Shown here: positions 9,445 through 19,514 of the stretch, one piece after another
Layout: each line of letters starts with the position of its first letter
Position numbering within the stretch: position 1 is the stretch's first letter
Assembly (NCBI GenBank): GCA_963701855.1
Contig: CAVPBK010000006.1
Span: 608,001 to 672,000 of the forward strand
DNA: 64,000 bases
Direction of reading: 5' to 3'
Origin: Nitrospirota bacterium
GTDB taxonomy: Bacteria > Nitrospirota > Nitrospiria > Nitrospirales > Nitrospiraceae
The notes under the pieces: generated by a model
The model's input: the letters and a program-made list of their open reading frames with translations, nothing else
Told to the model about the DNA's origin: nothing
Databases searched by the model: none
Translations under genes and position numbers: made by a program

Positions 9445-9990
9445 TTAGAGCCGAGCGGCGGCGGTCCTCAGCAGCGCGACGAGTTTCTCCTTCTGTGCGA
9501 GCGGGTTGCCTCCGTGGAATGTGACCATCAGGAGGGCGCCTTTCGTTTTCACGAGGTACGCCTTCGCCGTAGCGTTGTGCATCTTGGGGTCCGCCGTGAA
9601 CACCGCGCCCTCGCCGATGCCGAGGATCTCCGATGCCCCTGGCCCACCCTTTCTGACCTCCACGAGGACTCGCTGCTTGATGTCCCCAGCGCTCAAGCCT
9701 CCCCGCCAGAATTGCGACGCGTCCGTGACGATGACATTGAGCTCGGTCTCTCCCCACTCACTGGTTCTGGGTCCCCAACTGTAGGAGCAGGCAGTAGCAA
9801 CGGGGGCGTCAGTGGTCAACACCCCACTGCCGATTTGGGCGTTCGGAGCGAGCCCTTGAATGTCGACGGGCTTCAGGAGTGCGCAGGGATCTTTGGGCAG
9901 TGCCGCTGCCGTGGCGTCGTCGCTTGCAAGGCCAGCAATAGCCAACGCAACCATGAGAGACCTCATCCGGAATTTCCAGTATGGATTCAT
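9445..9990 (-). CDS. exported hypothetical protein (DUF3558-like DPCALL motif)
   Basis: Strong RBS AGGAGG, signal peptide, KDPCALL...ACSY, GIGEGA. Confidence 0.65.
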   Translation of the reverse strand: MNPYWKFRMRSLMVALAIAGLASDDATAAALPKDPCALLKPVDIQGLAPNAQIGSGVLTTDAPVATACSYSWGPRTSEWGETELNVIVTDASQFWRGGLSAGDIKQRVLVEVRKGGPGASEILGIGEGAVFTADPKMHNATAKAYLVKTKGALLMVTFHGGNPLAQKEKLVALLRTAAARL

Positions 9991-10382
9991 GTGTTCCTCC
10001 TTCCTGCTGTGGAGGCCCTACATCCCGTGGTGCCGACGGCGGCGCTTTCCGGGCCGCACATGCTTGATCAGCGACCCGTAGGGCGCCGGGGCGACCGGGG
10101 CGGCCTGCTGCGACATGACACAGGCGGGGTTGGCGGCACAATTTGGGATGCATTCCATCCAGATCATGGCACCGAATACCAGAGCACAAATATATTGGTT
10201 TTTGAACCGGCCCAAGGATAGTTCAAATCATTCAGAAAATCGACCCGCAGCCCTCCGGATTTCAGAGGGGGATTTTGAAGCAGTCAGGCGGACATTCCTG
10301 CAGGAATGGATTTTCGAAATCCCTAGTGCTCAAGAGAACACAGCAAAGAACAGGCGCATCGAACCCACGAGGCTACAGACAA

Positions 10383-10970
10383 TCTCTCCAAGCTCGCTCG
10401 TATTCCCTCTCTTGGAAGGGCATCCATGTTGGTCTACGTGCGGCCGTCGATTGCTTGCCCTCATCTACCCATTCTCAGCGAGGAGACTGGCATAGTCTCT
10501 ACTGCGCGCATCGAGGGACCACCGCTTTATCGTGGGGCCTCTGCGAGCACAGAGACTAGTCAGCTTCCTCGCCTCCCTCCTTCTCAGGGCGTGCGTTCCG
10601 GGAGCACAGGCACCCATCCCATTCTTCTCATTTTTCTCCACTTCGCCCTCAAGGGGAGCAGCCAGACTGTCCTTCACTGCGCGCATTGAGGGAGCACATT
10701 CTGATCGTGCGGCCTCAGCGAGCAAGAAGGATGGTCTGGCTACTCCCCTCCCATTCTTCCTTGTTTTTCCCCCACTTCGTCCCCAAGGGGAGTGGCCAAG
10801 GCTGCCCTTTACTGCGCGCATCGAACGATATAGATGATCCCTCCAAGCTCGCTTACTTTTCCTCTCTTGGAAGGGCACTCATGTTGGTCCAAGTGCGGCC
10901 GTCGAATGAGGCACTTCTTATGGCGCGCGTTCCGGGAGCACAGGGCCAACGTGGGTGTCCTTCCTCCTTT
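10383..10970. repeat. tandem cluster of family B structured repeat modules
   Basis: Recurrent ACTGCGCGCATCGA, CTCCAAGCTCGCT and GCGCGTTCCGGGAGCACAGG units; same units at 17.7, 23.5, 26.9, 28.8, 31.4, 46.6 and 50.5-51.2 kb. Confidence 0.8.
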
Positions 10971-11083
10971 TCTCCTTTGACAGAGCCACCCCCTCCTGGC
11001 TATGATCACCCCTGCTTGATTCGACCTTAACGTTGAGAACCTATGGTCCCCAGCCACCATCATTTACCCAAAGGAGTAGGCGT

Positions 11084-11452
11084 ATGAAGCTCGTAATCGG
11101 CACTGTTGCAACCGTCTCCGGTGTCCTCTTTGCGTTATCGATGGCCTCGGCGAATCCATCGCTTCTCCCCAAGCACGAAGGCTACCCGATGAAGAACAGC
11201 GGGAGCCCCGTGACCGGGCAGCCGACCGCCAATGACCCAGGCCAGACCAATGCAAGTGGTGAGAAAGCCGAACTCAAGGCCGCCGCGTCCGACGATAAAC
11301 ATGTCCAGCAGAATCTCATGAAGACAGACAATGCACGCATTACCGCAGGTCAGGGAGCGAATCAGCTCCCGACTGTGCAGGGGCCACAGATCAAGATCGC
11401 TCCTCCGGTCACCTCCGCCACGAAGATCAGCGGCGACCGGAAGATCGAGTAG
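11084..11452 (+). CDS. exported protein of unknown function
   Basis: RBS AAGGAG; signal peptide ending ASA-N; followed by a terminator. Confidence 0.75.
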   Translation: MKLVIGTVATVSGVLFALSMASANPSLLPKHEGYPMKNSGSPVTGQPTANDPGQTNASGEKAELKAAASDDKHVQQNLMKTDNARITAGQGANQLPTVQGPQIKIAPPVTSATKISGDRKIE

Positions 11453-11473
11453 TCGAGCCCTTCAGAAGGATAC

Positions 11474-11516
11474 AACAGGGGGGTGCCGGACTTATGCGGC
11501 GCCTCCCTGTTTTTTT
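11474..11516 (+). terminator. intrinsic terminator between convergent genes
   Basis: ACAGGGGGGTGCCG...CGGCGCCTCCCTGT stem followed by a T-run. Confidence 0.75.
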
Positions 11517-12091
11517 ATGTGTCGCGTCCGAGTGGCGGCTGTAACCGTACGCAGCCGGAATCGCCAAGGCTTCTTGGCCCACTCACCCGCATAGTCAACA
11601 CCGATTCGAGGGTGTACCCCTACATCTGCTTTCTTTATCAAGGTCTCTCGATCCTCGAACCAGAGGGACTCACCGGTCGTAAGATCCAGACAGTTGAGAC
11701 GGCGATCGATCTCCAGCGCGCGACAGAGCCGCCCCGGTCCATCGATTAACTCTCCATCGATTTCAATCGCCCTGATCAATACAGCTGAGGGAAATTCTTC
11801 ACGCTCTGTCACGACATTCAGACAATGGTACATCCCGTAGATGAGGTAGACGTAGGCAACGCCTGCTGGACCAAACAGCACTTCGGTCCGTTGCGTTCGC
11901 CCCTTCGATGCATGGCAGGCCTTATCCTGGGCCCCGACATAGGCCTCCACTTCGACGATCTTCCCCGCAAGAATACGATTATCGATGACTCGAACGAGAT
12001 ACTTGCCGATGAGTGACCGCGCGACCCGAAGAGTAGACTGAGCGAAGTACCCTCGCTGCAGGATTGCCTGCCCCGGAGTCGGTTTCTTCAT
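11492..12091 (-). CDS. mpg: DNA-3-methyladenine glycosylase
   Basis: IVEVEAY, DKACHA, YVYLIYGMYHCLN, AVLIRA, GPGRLC, RIGV motifs. Confidence 0.92.
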   Translation of the reverse strand: MKKPTPGQAILQRGYFAQSTLRVARSLIGKYLVRVIDNRILAGKIVEVEAYVGAQDKACHASKGRTQRTEVLFGPAGVAYVYLIYGMYHCLNVVTEREEFPSAVLIRAIEIDGELIDGPGRLCRALEIDRRLNCLDLTTGESLWFEDRETLIKKADVGVHPRIGVDYAGEWAKKPWRFRLRTVTAATRTRHIKKQGGAA

Positions 12092-12262
12092 GAGTCCCTT
12101 ATTGTTGGATCGAGGAAGCGCAGGCAATGAATTTTCGCCCCAGACCGCACCGGAAGGGATCTTGCCTGGACCGAATATCTAGACACAAAAGAGGTACCTA
12201 TCTTCTACCGATAGACGCTTGCCAGGCTAGCATCAGGGTTCCTTGTCAAGCGGAGGATGGAC

Positions 12263-13240
12263 TTACCACCCAAGGACATAGGCAAACACCAATGGCGCGA
12301 CAATCGTCGCATCGGATTCAATGATGAACTTTGGTGTCTCGACTCCTAACTTGCCCCACGTAATTTTTTCGTTGGGAACAGCCCCGGAATATGAACCGTA
12401 ACTGGTGGTTGAATCGCTGATTTGGCAGAAGTATCCCCAGAACGGCACCTGGTTTTGCCGAAGGTCTTGACTCAACATCGGCACCACACAAATCGGGAAA
12501 TCACCGGCAATCCCTCCCCCGATCTGAAAGAATCCGATAGACTGCTTCCCTGCATCTCGCATATACCACTCGGCCAGGGTCGTCATATATTCGATTCCGG
12601 TTCGAACGGTATGAACATTCCGGATTTTTCCGGTGATGCAATAGGCTGTGAAGATGTTCCCCAGAGTCGAATCCTCCCACCCCGGCACAAAGAGCGGAAG
12701 GTTTTTTGTCGCAGCGGCGTGTAGCCAGCTGTCCTGCGGATCAATTTGATAGCTATCTTTCAGCGTACCGTCGCACAAGAGGCTGTAGAGAAATTCATGT
12801 GGGAACCGGCGCTCGCCCTTCTGGTCGGACAGAATCCATTCCTCGCGTACGGCGCGCTCGATGCGGCGCATCGCCTCTTCTTCCGGAATACAGGTGTCCG
12901 TCACTCGATTGAGATGTTTCTGAAGTAACTGCTCTTCATCCTGCGCGGTCAATTCACGATAGTTGGGAATTCGCTTGTAGTGATCGTGGGCCACCAGATT
13001 GAAGAGGTCCTCTTCGAGATTGGCGCCCGTACAACAAATGGCACTCACCTTGTCCGTGCGTATCATCTCCGCCAGCGACAAGCCGAGCTCAGCCGTACTC
13101 ATTGCGCCGGCCAGAGTAAGTAGCATCTGGCCACCCTTATCCAGATGTGCCCGATACGCATGTGCGGCATCTTTTAAAACGGCGGCATTGAAGTGTCGAT
13201 AGTGGTGATCAATAAACTGCGATACAGAAGTAACCGGCAT
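12263..13240 (-). CDS. deoxyhypusine synthase family protein (homospermidine synthase-like)
   Basis: TGANLEED, NRVTD, IGGG, YSGAVPNEKITWGK with the catalytic Lys. Confidence 0.88.
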   Translation of the reverse strand: MPVTSVSQFIDHHYRHFNAAVLKDAAHAYRAHLDKGGQMLLTLAGAMSTAELGLSLAEMIRTDKVSAICCTGANLEEDLFNLVAHDHYKRIPNYRELTAQDEEQLLQKHLNRVTDTCIPEEEAMRRIERAVREEWILSDQKGERRFPHEFLYSLLCDGTLKDSYQIDPQDSWLHAAATKNLPLFVPGWEDSTLGNIFTAYCITGKIRNVHTVRTGIEYMTTLAEWYMRDAGKQSIGFFQIGGGIAGDFPICVVPMLSQDLRQNQVPFWGYFCQISDSTTSYGSYSGAVPNEKITWGKLGVETPKFIIESDATIVAPLVFAYVLGW

Positions 13241-13575
13241 ACATCACCTCGCTCCTCTTGCATTGAATACAGCCCAGGCACCAGCCACGGTAACTCTTTT
13301 TATGACGCCCGAATTTCCTCGCGAGAAGACATGAAGATTGCTCGACGCCGCTCACAGAATAGCACGATCAATGTGCCAAGATCGGGCAGTTTGTGGTCTT
13401 AGAATCGCCATTCTACTTGAAAGCACGCGGACCGCAGTTATTAAAAATACAAGGCAACGCCGCCCATCACAAAGCAGGGATTGCCCGGCACGAAATGAAC
13501 CCAGCTAACCCGCACTGGTTCATTTTGCAGACGCGATCAAAAAGATGTCCCTATCGTTACTTGGACCGAGGCTGC

Positions 13576-14376
13576 TCACCTAGCTGGCAGCACAAAACTC
13601 AACGTGGCATTATACAACTCGCGCTCAGCCAGTTCGGGATGAGTGGAGGGCACGATATGATCCACAACAAGCAGCTGCAGCCCCCATTTGGAGACTGGAA
13701 TCACGGCAACCCCCTGGTTGTCCGTTTTAAAGCGGGGTATTTCCTTTTCCTCCATCGGAGTTATTCCATCGCCAATCTCCACTTCAGCACCAACCAATGG
13801 TTTGGCATCGAAATAGACTTTGACCTGTAAGCCTTCTCCAGGTTTGGCCAGAAATGGATTGCCAAGAGGAACCAGTTCAAGCCGATTGCCGATGATCTTG
13901 CCATATTCGTGAGATTCAGCTGCGGATATCTGGAAGAGAGCCTTGGCGAACTTTATGGATAAGAGACTGTCTTCGGCAGAAGGCACCTGTTGCTTGCTCG
14001 TGTTGCGGTATCCACTTGGGGTCTTGACCCAGTAGCCATTATCGTAACGGGCAGCTAAGAGAACAAAGCCACTCTCGATCGCCACCGGCTCCGTTATGAG
14101 AACAGGTATGCTGCCCTGAGATGCGCTTTTGATTCCAGGAAGAAGCGAACGCTTTGACTGACCTTCAGCAAACACACTAAATTCAAACAGTTTATCCTGG
14201 TCGGGTGTCTTCATCTCTCCTGGATGACCGTGATGCACCATGGCGCGCAGGCTGCCCGTCTGATTTTTGGCCACCGTCACCCACACATCATGCGCACCTA
14301 CCGGACAAGCGACGACGAGAACGCTGACGAAGATCAATACCGCCATGCATGCATGGATCACATGTCTACTAACCAT
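13576..14376 (-). CDS. DUF4198 periplasmic protein (NikM C-terminal-like, Ni/Co uptake associated)
   Basis: Signal peptide then A-HDVW; GNRLELVP, VYFDAKPL, KTDNQG. Confidence 0.8.
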   Translation of the reverse strand: MVSRHVIHACMAVLIFVSVLVVACPVGAHDVWVTVAKNQTGSLRAMVHHGHPGEMKTPDQDKLFEFSVFAEGQSKRSLLPGIKSASQGSIPVLITEPVAIESGFVLLAARYDNGYWVKTPSGYRNTSKQQVPSAEDSLLSIKFAKALFQISAAESHEYGKIIGNRLELVPLGNPFLAKPGEGLQVKVYFDAKPLVGAEVEIGDGITPMEEKEIPRFKTDNQGVAVIPVSKWGLQLLVVDHIVPSTHPELAERELYNATLSFVLPAR

Positions 14377-14411
14377 CTGTCACTCCTTGGTTGTTCCAGG
14401 CAAACAGGTTC

Positions 14412-16514
14412 TCACCCGCCGGTCTTGAATCGGTAACTCGCGCCGACCATCAGAGCAAATGGTGCCTGAGGACTCACGAAAATATCCGCAGGGGTCGCAT
14501 TGATCGGATTGCCAAAGTTAATGGCCGTCTCACTCAAGCGGTCCGAGGGATACCAAATCACATCGGCAAACCCAGTCCATCCGCTCTGGTGCCCATAGAA
14601 GAGACGCCCGGATATGCGTTGGTAGGGATTGGTCGTGATCATTCCGTCTTCCGTTAGCATCTTTTTTCCAATGAACTCGACATACAACTGCCCACCGACA
14701 CGATGAGGGGAATTCTCGCCACCCAGCGGCACATCAGCGTCGCTGCCGATCTTGACGATATAAGCGGGCACATTGGGCACATAGGCGACTGGAGATTGGT
14801 CTGTGAGGGTCGCGCGGATCTGCGTGTAGTTCACGAATATGGACGCTTGGCCCTGGTTGTCCTGACGCACAAAATAACGGGCTTCGATATCGTATCCCTC
14901 TCGGATGGAGTGCCCAAGGTTCTGCGGGTCGAGCCCCGCGGTAGCCTGGAAGATCTCTTGGGTCAGGGTGGTGTACCACAGATCCGCCAAGAACTTAAAG
15001 CGCGAGGTGGGCTGGATTTGAATGCCCACTTCCCGGCTCCGTAGTTTGATCGGCTTCACGGTGGAGTTGAATATGACATCATTTACCACGCTGGGGGATC
15101 GGAACCCTTCACTGTAATTCGCAAATATTTCCAGCCACGACACCGGTGTCACTGCGATCCCGGCCTTCGGACTCCAGACACCGGTGTCTGTGGTTGGGAC
15201 GGAGCTGGTGGAAAGCTGGTTATTAACGTCATACCAGAAGTGGTCGTAGCGGGTTCCTCCCGTCAGCTTGACCCATGACAGAGGTTGCACTTGAGCCTGG
15301 ATATATTCTCCCAATCCCTGTTCTGTATAATTGAGATTCACCACGTCCGGCCCGCTGGCCATACGACCCACCGTGGGCATTTGCGTGACCCCCACTGAAT
15401 CGTTTCGGAAGTTGGTTCCGACCAAGAGCTGAGCTGGTATGAGATCAAACAGACTAGAGGTCCATGTTTTTCTGAGGGTCAGTCCTGAGGTCGTCCGCTC
15501 TTCTCTCTGCTCCCGCTGCCCACCGCCGAAATCCGCAAAGCGAACGAAGATATCATGATTCACAAATCCCGTGGCGGTCAGTGCCTGGTCTAGATCGCCC
15601 AAGAGATAGTTAAGCACCACGTTTTGGAGTTCTTTGTTGCCTCCGTCCGACGAATTGACGGCCGTCTTTGGACTCAACGCCCCCGATTGCACTAAATCCC
15701 GTGAGATATACCCCGGAGCGCCCCAGTCCCCGCCGTAGAATTGCGTTCGAATGGTAAAATCCCCATATTTGGTCGGCGCTGTCACCTTCCCAAAAAGGTT
15801 GTAGCGCTGATACCCTTGGTTATCGCGGTACCCATCGGTTGTATAGCCCTCAGCCGCCAAATAGGGCACAATTGCGCCTTCCTTTGCACGGGGTTGGCTA
15901 TAAGTCATAATTCCTCGGCCAGTGTTAAAATATCCCCCGTAGCCCTTCACTTCTCCGGTAGAGTCAAACCGTTTCGTCACGATATTCACCGACCCTCCCA
16001 GATTAGAGTCTCCGTACAAGGCGCTGACCGGGCCTCGAATCACTTCTAATCGCTCCACCGTTTCAGGAATCAAGATGTTGAGGTCGGCATAGTTCGGCGT
16101 ATGAATGCTAGACACCGCATTGATCGGGACGCCATCAATAAAATACGCCACATCGCGGCCATGCTCGAGGTCTGTGAAGCCGCGGATGGCGATCCCATTC
16201 CCGATCCCGCCCTGCCCGAAGTTGTTCACGTTGAAGCCAGGAAGGGGACGAAACAGATCTACATAACTGTTCACGATCGGGGTTCGCTGGATAGCCCCAG
16301 CATCGAGAATTGTGGTCGCCGCGGGCAATCCAACCGGGTCAGCGGTCACGTCTGTTCGGGAGAGATGTTTCCCTTGCACCACGACTTCTTGGATCTCAAC
16401 CGGAGCCGAGTCTGCCTGCTCGTCTGCCGCAAGCGCGACTACCACCGCTTGAGGGGAGATGAGCCATAACGCCCATGTCCCTATCACGAGCATACGACCG
16501 AACAACGTGCGCAT
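14412..16514 (-). CDS. TonB-dependent receptor (probably nickel/cobalt)
   Basis: Signal peptide, EVVVQG TonB box, IRGF, LEVIRGPVSALYG plug motif, terminal YRF; located in the nikR operon. Confidence 0.85.
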   Translation of the reverse strand: MRTLFGRMLVIGTWALWLISPQAVVVALAADEQADSAPVEIQEVVVQGKHLSRTDVTADPVGLPAATTILDAGAIQRTPIVNSYVDLFRPLPGFNVNNFGQGGIGNGIAIRGFTDLEHGRDVAYFIDGVPINAVSSIHTPNYADLNILIPETVERLEVIRGPVSALYGDSNLGGSVNIVTKRFDSTGEVKGYGGYFNTGRGIMTYSQPRAKEGAIVPYLAAEGYTTDGYRDNQGYQRYNLFGKVTAPTKYGDFTIRTQFYGGDWGAPGYISRDLVQSGALSPKTAVNSSDGGNKELQNVVLNYLLGDLDQALTATGFVNHDIFVRFADFGGGQREQREERTTSGLTLRKTWTSSLFDLIPAQLLVGTNFRNDSVGVTQMPTVGRMASGPDVVNLNYTEQGLGEYIQAQVQPLSWVKLTGGTRYDHFWYDVNNQLSTSSVPTTDTGVWSPKAGIAVTPVSWLEIFANYSEGFRSPSVVNDVIFNSTVKPIKLRSREVGIQIQPTSRFKFLADLWYTTLTQEIFQATAGLDPQNLGHSIREGYDIEARYFVRQDNQGQASIFVNYTQIRATLTDQSPVAYVPNVPAYIVKIGSDADVPLGGENSPHRVGGQLYVEFIGKKMLTEDGMITTNPYQRISGRLFYGHQSGWTGFADVIWYPSDRLSETAINFGNPINATPADIFVSPQAPFALMVGASYRFKTGG

Positions 16515-16637
16515 GGATCCACGCCTTTCTTGTTCCCTGATGGGTCAATAGCAACCCAAGGGAATCTATGAATGGCTACGTGAGCAGCCGACGCAGACCC
16601 TCGTGATCTGGCAACAACGATGCAGTGTAATATCTGG

Positions 16638-17062
16638 CTAGACCTGCGGGACTGAGCTGACCAAGAAACGGACTCGCGACAGGGACTGCGTAATCAACGC
16701 TTCGAGGGTATAGGCCCCAGAGCCCACAATTTCCACGCGAGCCCGATTGAGGGGCAGCAGGACCTTCGTGGCCCATGCGCTGAGGATGGCTTGCGCGATC
16801 TCCGGTGTCACCTCACCGAGCATCGCGCCTGGCAATACCAAATTCAACGAGGTAATAATCACGTCCACTGTCGGCAGCATGTCGACAATCGCACGAAACC
16901 CGACACCGACCTGCGTCGCGCCGGCCTGTTGCATCGCCGCCGCCGCCACAGTATTGGTCCCCAACGCGACAATGTCATGATCCTCGCCGAGTTCCGACGG
17001 AGTCCTGTGACCAGCCGAGAACCAAGCCCACCACCACGCCCGTCGATAACACATAGACGCAT
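16638..17062 (-). pseudogene. DUF3842 family protein, single frameshift near 16998
   Basis: MRLCVIDGRGGGLG in one frame continues as SELGEDHDIVALGTN...GAMLGEVTPEIA in another; may be an assembly indel. Confidence 0.75.
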
Positions 17063-17065
17063 CGC

Positions 17066-17482
17066 CTACACCAGCCCCTTACCCGTCGTCGTCATGGTGA
17101 GTTTTCCATGCTTCACGCCCTTGACCGACACCAAAGCGTCCCCCACCTTCCTGATCTCAGACCCCTTCCCTTTCACCACCAAGACCTCAAGACAATGGTC
17201 ATGGTCGAGATGGACATGCATTCCGGCCATGATGTGGCCTTGAAAGTCATGCTGAATATGGGTCAGTTTCCTTGTCAAGTCGCGCACATGATGGTCGTAG
17301 ACAAACGTGATGGTCCCGACCGTCTCTTTATCGTCGTCCCACTCCTGCCCGACCAGGTTATCCCGGATCAGATCCCGCAACGCCTCCGAGCGATTCGTAT
17401 ACTTGCGCTTCTTGATGTGCAGATCGAAATCATCAAGCAGATGATGGTCCAACGACACACCGAATCGAATGAGCTTCTTCAT
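17066..17482 (-). CDS. nikR: nickel-responsive regulator
   Basis: RFGVSL...NRSEALRDLIR RHH domain; YDHH, HVHLDHDHCLEV Ni site. Confidence 0.95.
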   Translation of the reverse strand: MKKLIRFGVSLDHHLLDDFDLHIKKRKYTNRSEALRDLIRDNLVGQEWDDDKETVGTITFVYDHHVRDLTRKLTHIQHDFQGHIMAGMHVHLDHDHCLEVLVVKGKGSEIRKVGDALVSVKGVKHGKLTMTTTGKGLV

Positions 17483-17495
17483 GGCATTATCATGA

Positions 17496-17522
17496 GTAGC
17501 ACGATTTTTATAAACGTAGCAT
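17496..17522 (-). promoter_or_regulatory. candidate NikR operator
   Basis: Minus strand ATGCTAC-N13(AT-rich)-GTGCTAC, 13 nt upstream of the nikR ATG. Confidence 0.65.
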
Positions 17523-17676
17523 CCTAGGAAACACAAGTCAATGCAGCGTCGTCACAATCAAACAGGGAACAGACTTGGCTGGAATTTATCCTTTCAACAT
17601 GCTGGGGGGGGATTAGACTGCGGGCACATTCTAAGACCTTTTGCTGCCCTCTCTGAGACATCACACTTTCGCTACT

Positions 17677-17920
17677 AAGGGAGTCGCCGGACTGTCCTTC
17701 ACTGCACGCATCGAGCAACCATGGTTTCATCGTGGGGGCTCTGCGAGCAAGAAGGATGGGCCTGGTTGCTTCCTCCTCATCCTTCTGAGCCTACACATTC
17801 TCCTTGAAATCTACTCTCCCTAAAAGCGGGGTGACCAGGCGCGCCTCAGACTGCGCGCGTCCAACGAGCACCTTCCAAGCGTGCGCGTTGCGCGAGCACG
17901 TGAGGTGGTCGGCCACCCCG
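17677..17920. repeat. family B structured repeat
   Basis: CTTCACTGCACGCATCGAG...CATCGTGGGGGCTCTGCGAGCAAGAAGG and TGCGCGCGTCCAACGAG...GCGCGTTGCGCGAGCAC modules. Confidence 0.75.
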
Positions 17921-17927
17921 CACTCTT

Positions 17928-19340
17928 CTATTCGCTCTTCACGGGAATATACATGACGTTCCCCTGCCGATTGACCAGCAGGAGGGCAAGGTCGGATGGC
18001 TTAATCGGATCGGCCAGCCGCTGAAACACGGTGAAGTTGGGAACAGGCTGACGATTAAGTTCCACCACCACGTCGCCCGGTTGGAGGCCGGAGGATTCCG
18101 CCAGACTGCCTTCTTCGATGTCCGTGACTACCACCCCGGTGGTGACAGTCAGATCCATCTGCCGAGCCAACGGCACAGTGACTTCGTCGAAGACGACGCC
18201 GGCAAGGGGATGAGCCGTGGCAGCTGAGGCCGATCCGGCTTGATTCTTCTTGGTCCGGTCACGCGGCGCCTCCTGCACGACCAATTCAGCCTGGTACGGC
18301 TTACTCTCCCGCATGAGATCAAGCCGATGCTTACTCCCGACCGTAGACGCAGCCACGAGGTTCCGAAGATGTCCGCTGTCCATCACGTCGCGCCCGTCGA
18401 ATCGCACGATCACATCGCCACGCTTGAGTCCGGCTTTCTCAGCGGACCCTTTCGCCTGCACGTCGGTCACGATCGCGCCTTTCACGTCTGGGAGACGAAA
18501 GACCTTGCCTAACAGGGGCGAGACATCTTGTGTCGAGGCGCCGAGGAACCCACGGACAACGTGACCGGTCTTGAGCAAGCTCTGCATAGCAGACCTGGCC
18601 ATATTGCTCGGAATGGCAAAGCCCACACCGACGCTCCCGCCTGTAGGACTGGCAATGGCAGTATTGATCCCCACCAATTCTCCATTGAGAGTCACTAAGG
18701 CGCCACCGGAGTTGCCTGGATTGATGGGGGCGTCGGTTTGAATGAAATCTTCGAAGTCGGCGACACCGACATCGGCCCGACCGACAGCACTGACAATGCC
18801 GAACGTCACACTCCGGCTCAAACCAAGCGGGTTCCCAATCGCAAGCACAAATTCACCGACGGCGAGCGTACTCGAATCCCCCCATGTCACCGTCGGCAGA
18901 TTGGTCGCTTGAATTTTTACCACGGCCACGTCGGTTTTCGGATCGGTGGCCACCACTCGTCCTTTATATTGCCGTCGGTCGGCGAGAATCACTTCCACAT
19001 CGACCGCATCCACGATGACATGGTTGTTCGTCATAATGTAGCCGTCCGACGACACAATGACGCCGGAGCCCTGGCCATATTGTCGCCGAGACGGGACATC
19101 CTTGAACAATCCGAACGGCAGCGCTTCGTCGCTGAATGCTTGATCTCGAACCATCACCGTCGAGGCAATGCTGACGACAGCGGGAATCACTTTGGTCGCG
19201 GTGGCCTTGACCTGCGCCTGAAGTTCACCCCCGCTCGCCATGGAAGCCGCACGACTCTCGGCCAGTGCTTCTCCACAGACGAACAGACCCCACACACAAA
19301 GCCCGGTCACAATTCGCAAGATCACATTGGGTTGAAACAC
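17928..19340 (-). CDS. htrA: HtrA/DegP (Do) serine protease with two PDZ domains
   Basis: GSGVIV, TNNHV, DVAVVKI, IQTDAPINPGNSGG. Confidence 0.92.
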   Translation of the reverse strand: MFQPNVILRIVTGLCVWGLFVCGEALAESRAASMASGGELQAQVKATATKVIPAVVSIASTVMVRDQAFSDEALPFGLFKDVPSRRQYGQGSGVIVSSDGYIMTNNHVIVDAVDVEVILADRRQYKGRVVATDPKTDVAVVKIQATNLPTVTWGDSSTLAVGEFVLAIGNPLGLSRSVTFGIVSAVGRADVGVADFEDFIQTDAPINPGNSGGALVTLNGELVGINTAIASPTGGSVGVGFAIPSNMARSAMQSLLKTGHVVRGFLGASTQDVSPLLGKVFRLPDVKGAIVTDVQAKGSAEKAGLKRGDVIVRFDGRDVMDSGHLRNLVAASTVGSKHRLDLMRESKPYQAELVVQEAPRDRTKKNQAGSASAATAHPLAGVVFDEVTVPLARQMDLTVTTGVVVTDIEEGSLAESSGLQPGDVVVELNRQPVPNFTVFQRLADPIKPSDLALLLVNRQGNVMYIPVKSE

Positions 19341-19357
19341 GCCACGGTCCTTTCTAG

Positions 19358-19493
19358 CAGGATGCTGAAAAAGTCCGCCAGTCTATCTTGTTCATTTAGT
19401 CTGTCTGGTCTATCTGGTTAGTCACATGCACCCAACCAAACTAGACAGACCAGATAAACCAGATGACCGGACGGCAAACGCTTGTAGCCTAGC
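19358..19493. repeat. family A end enclosing a 9-mer tandem-repeat hairpin
   Basis: CAGGATGCTGAAAAAGTCCGCCAG followed by TCTGGTCTA-type repeats and their reverse complement. Confidence 0.7.
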
Positions 19494-19514
19494 ATGCGTG
19501 CCTCGGAGGCGCAC

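Noticed and set aside
13570..16589. Inverted GGCTGCTCAC(C/G)TAGC pair around the TonB receptor and DUF4198
   Set aside because: Short, one copy overlaps a coding end, and no target duplication is visible; probably chance
16515..16637. Metal or cobalamin riboswitch before the TonB receptor
   Set aside because: Two hairpins are present but no recognisable NiCo or B12-box consensus
17604..17611. G8 tract upstream of nikR as a phase-variation switch
   Set aside because: About 120 nt from the start and not within an identifiable promoter spacer
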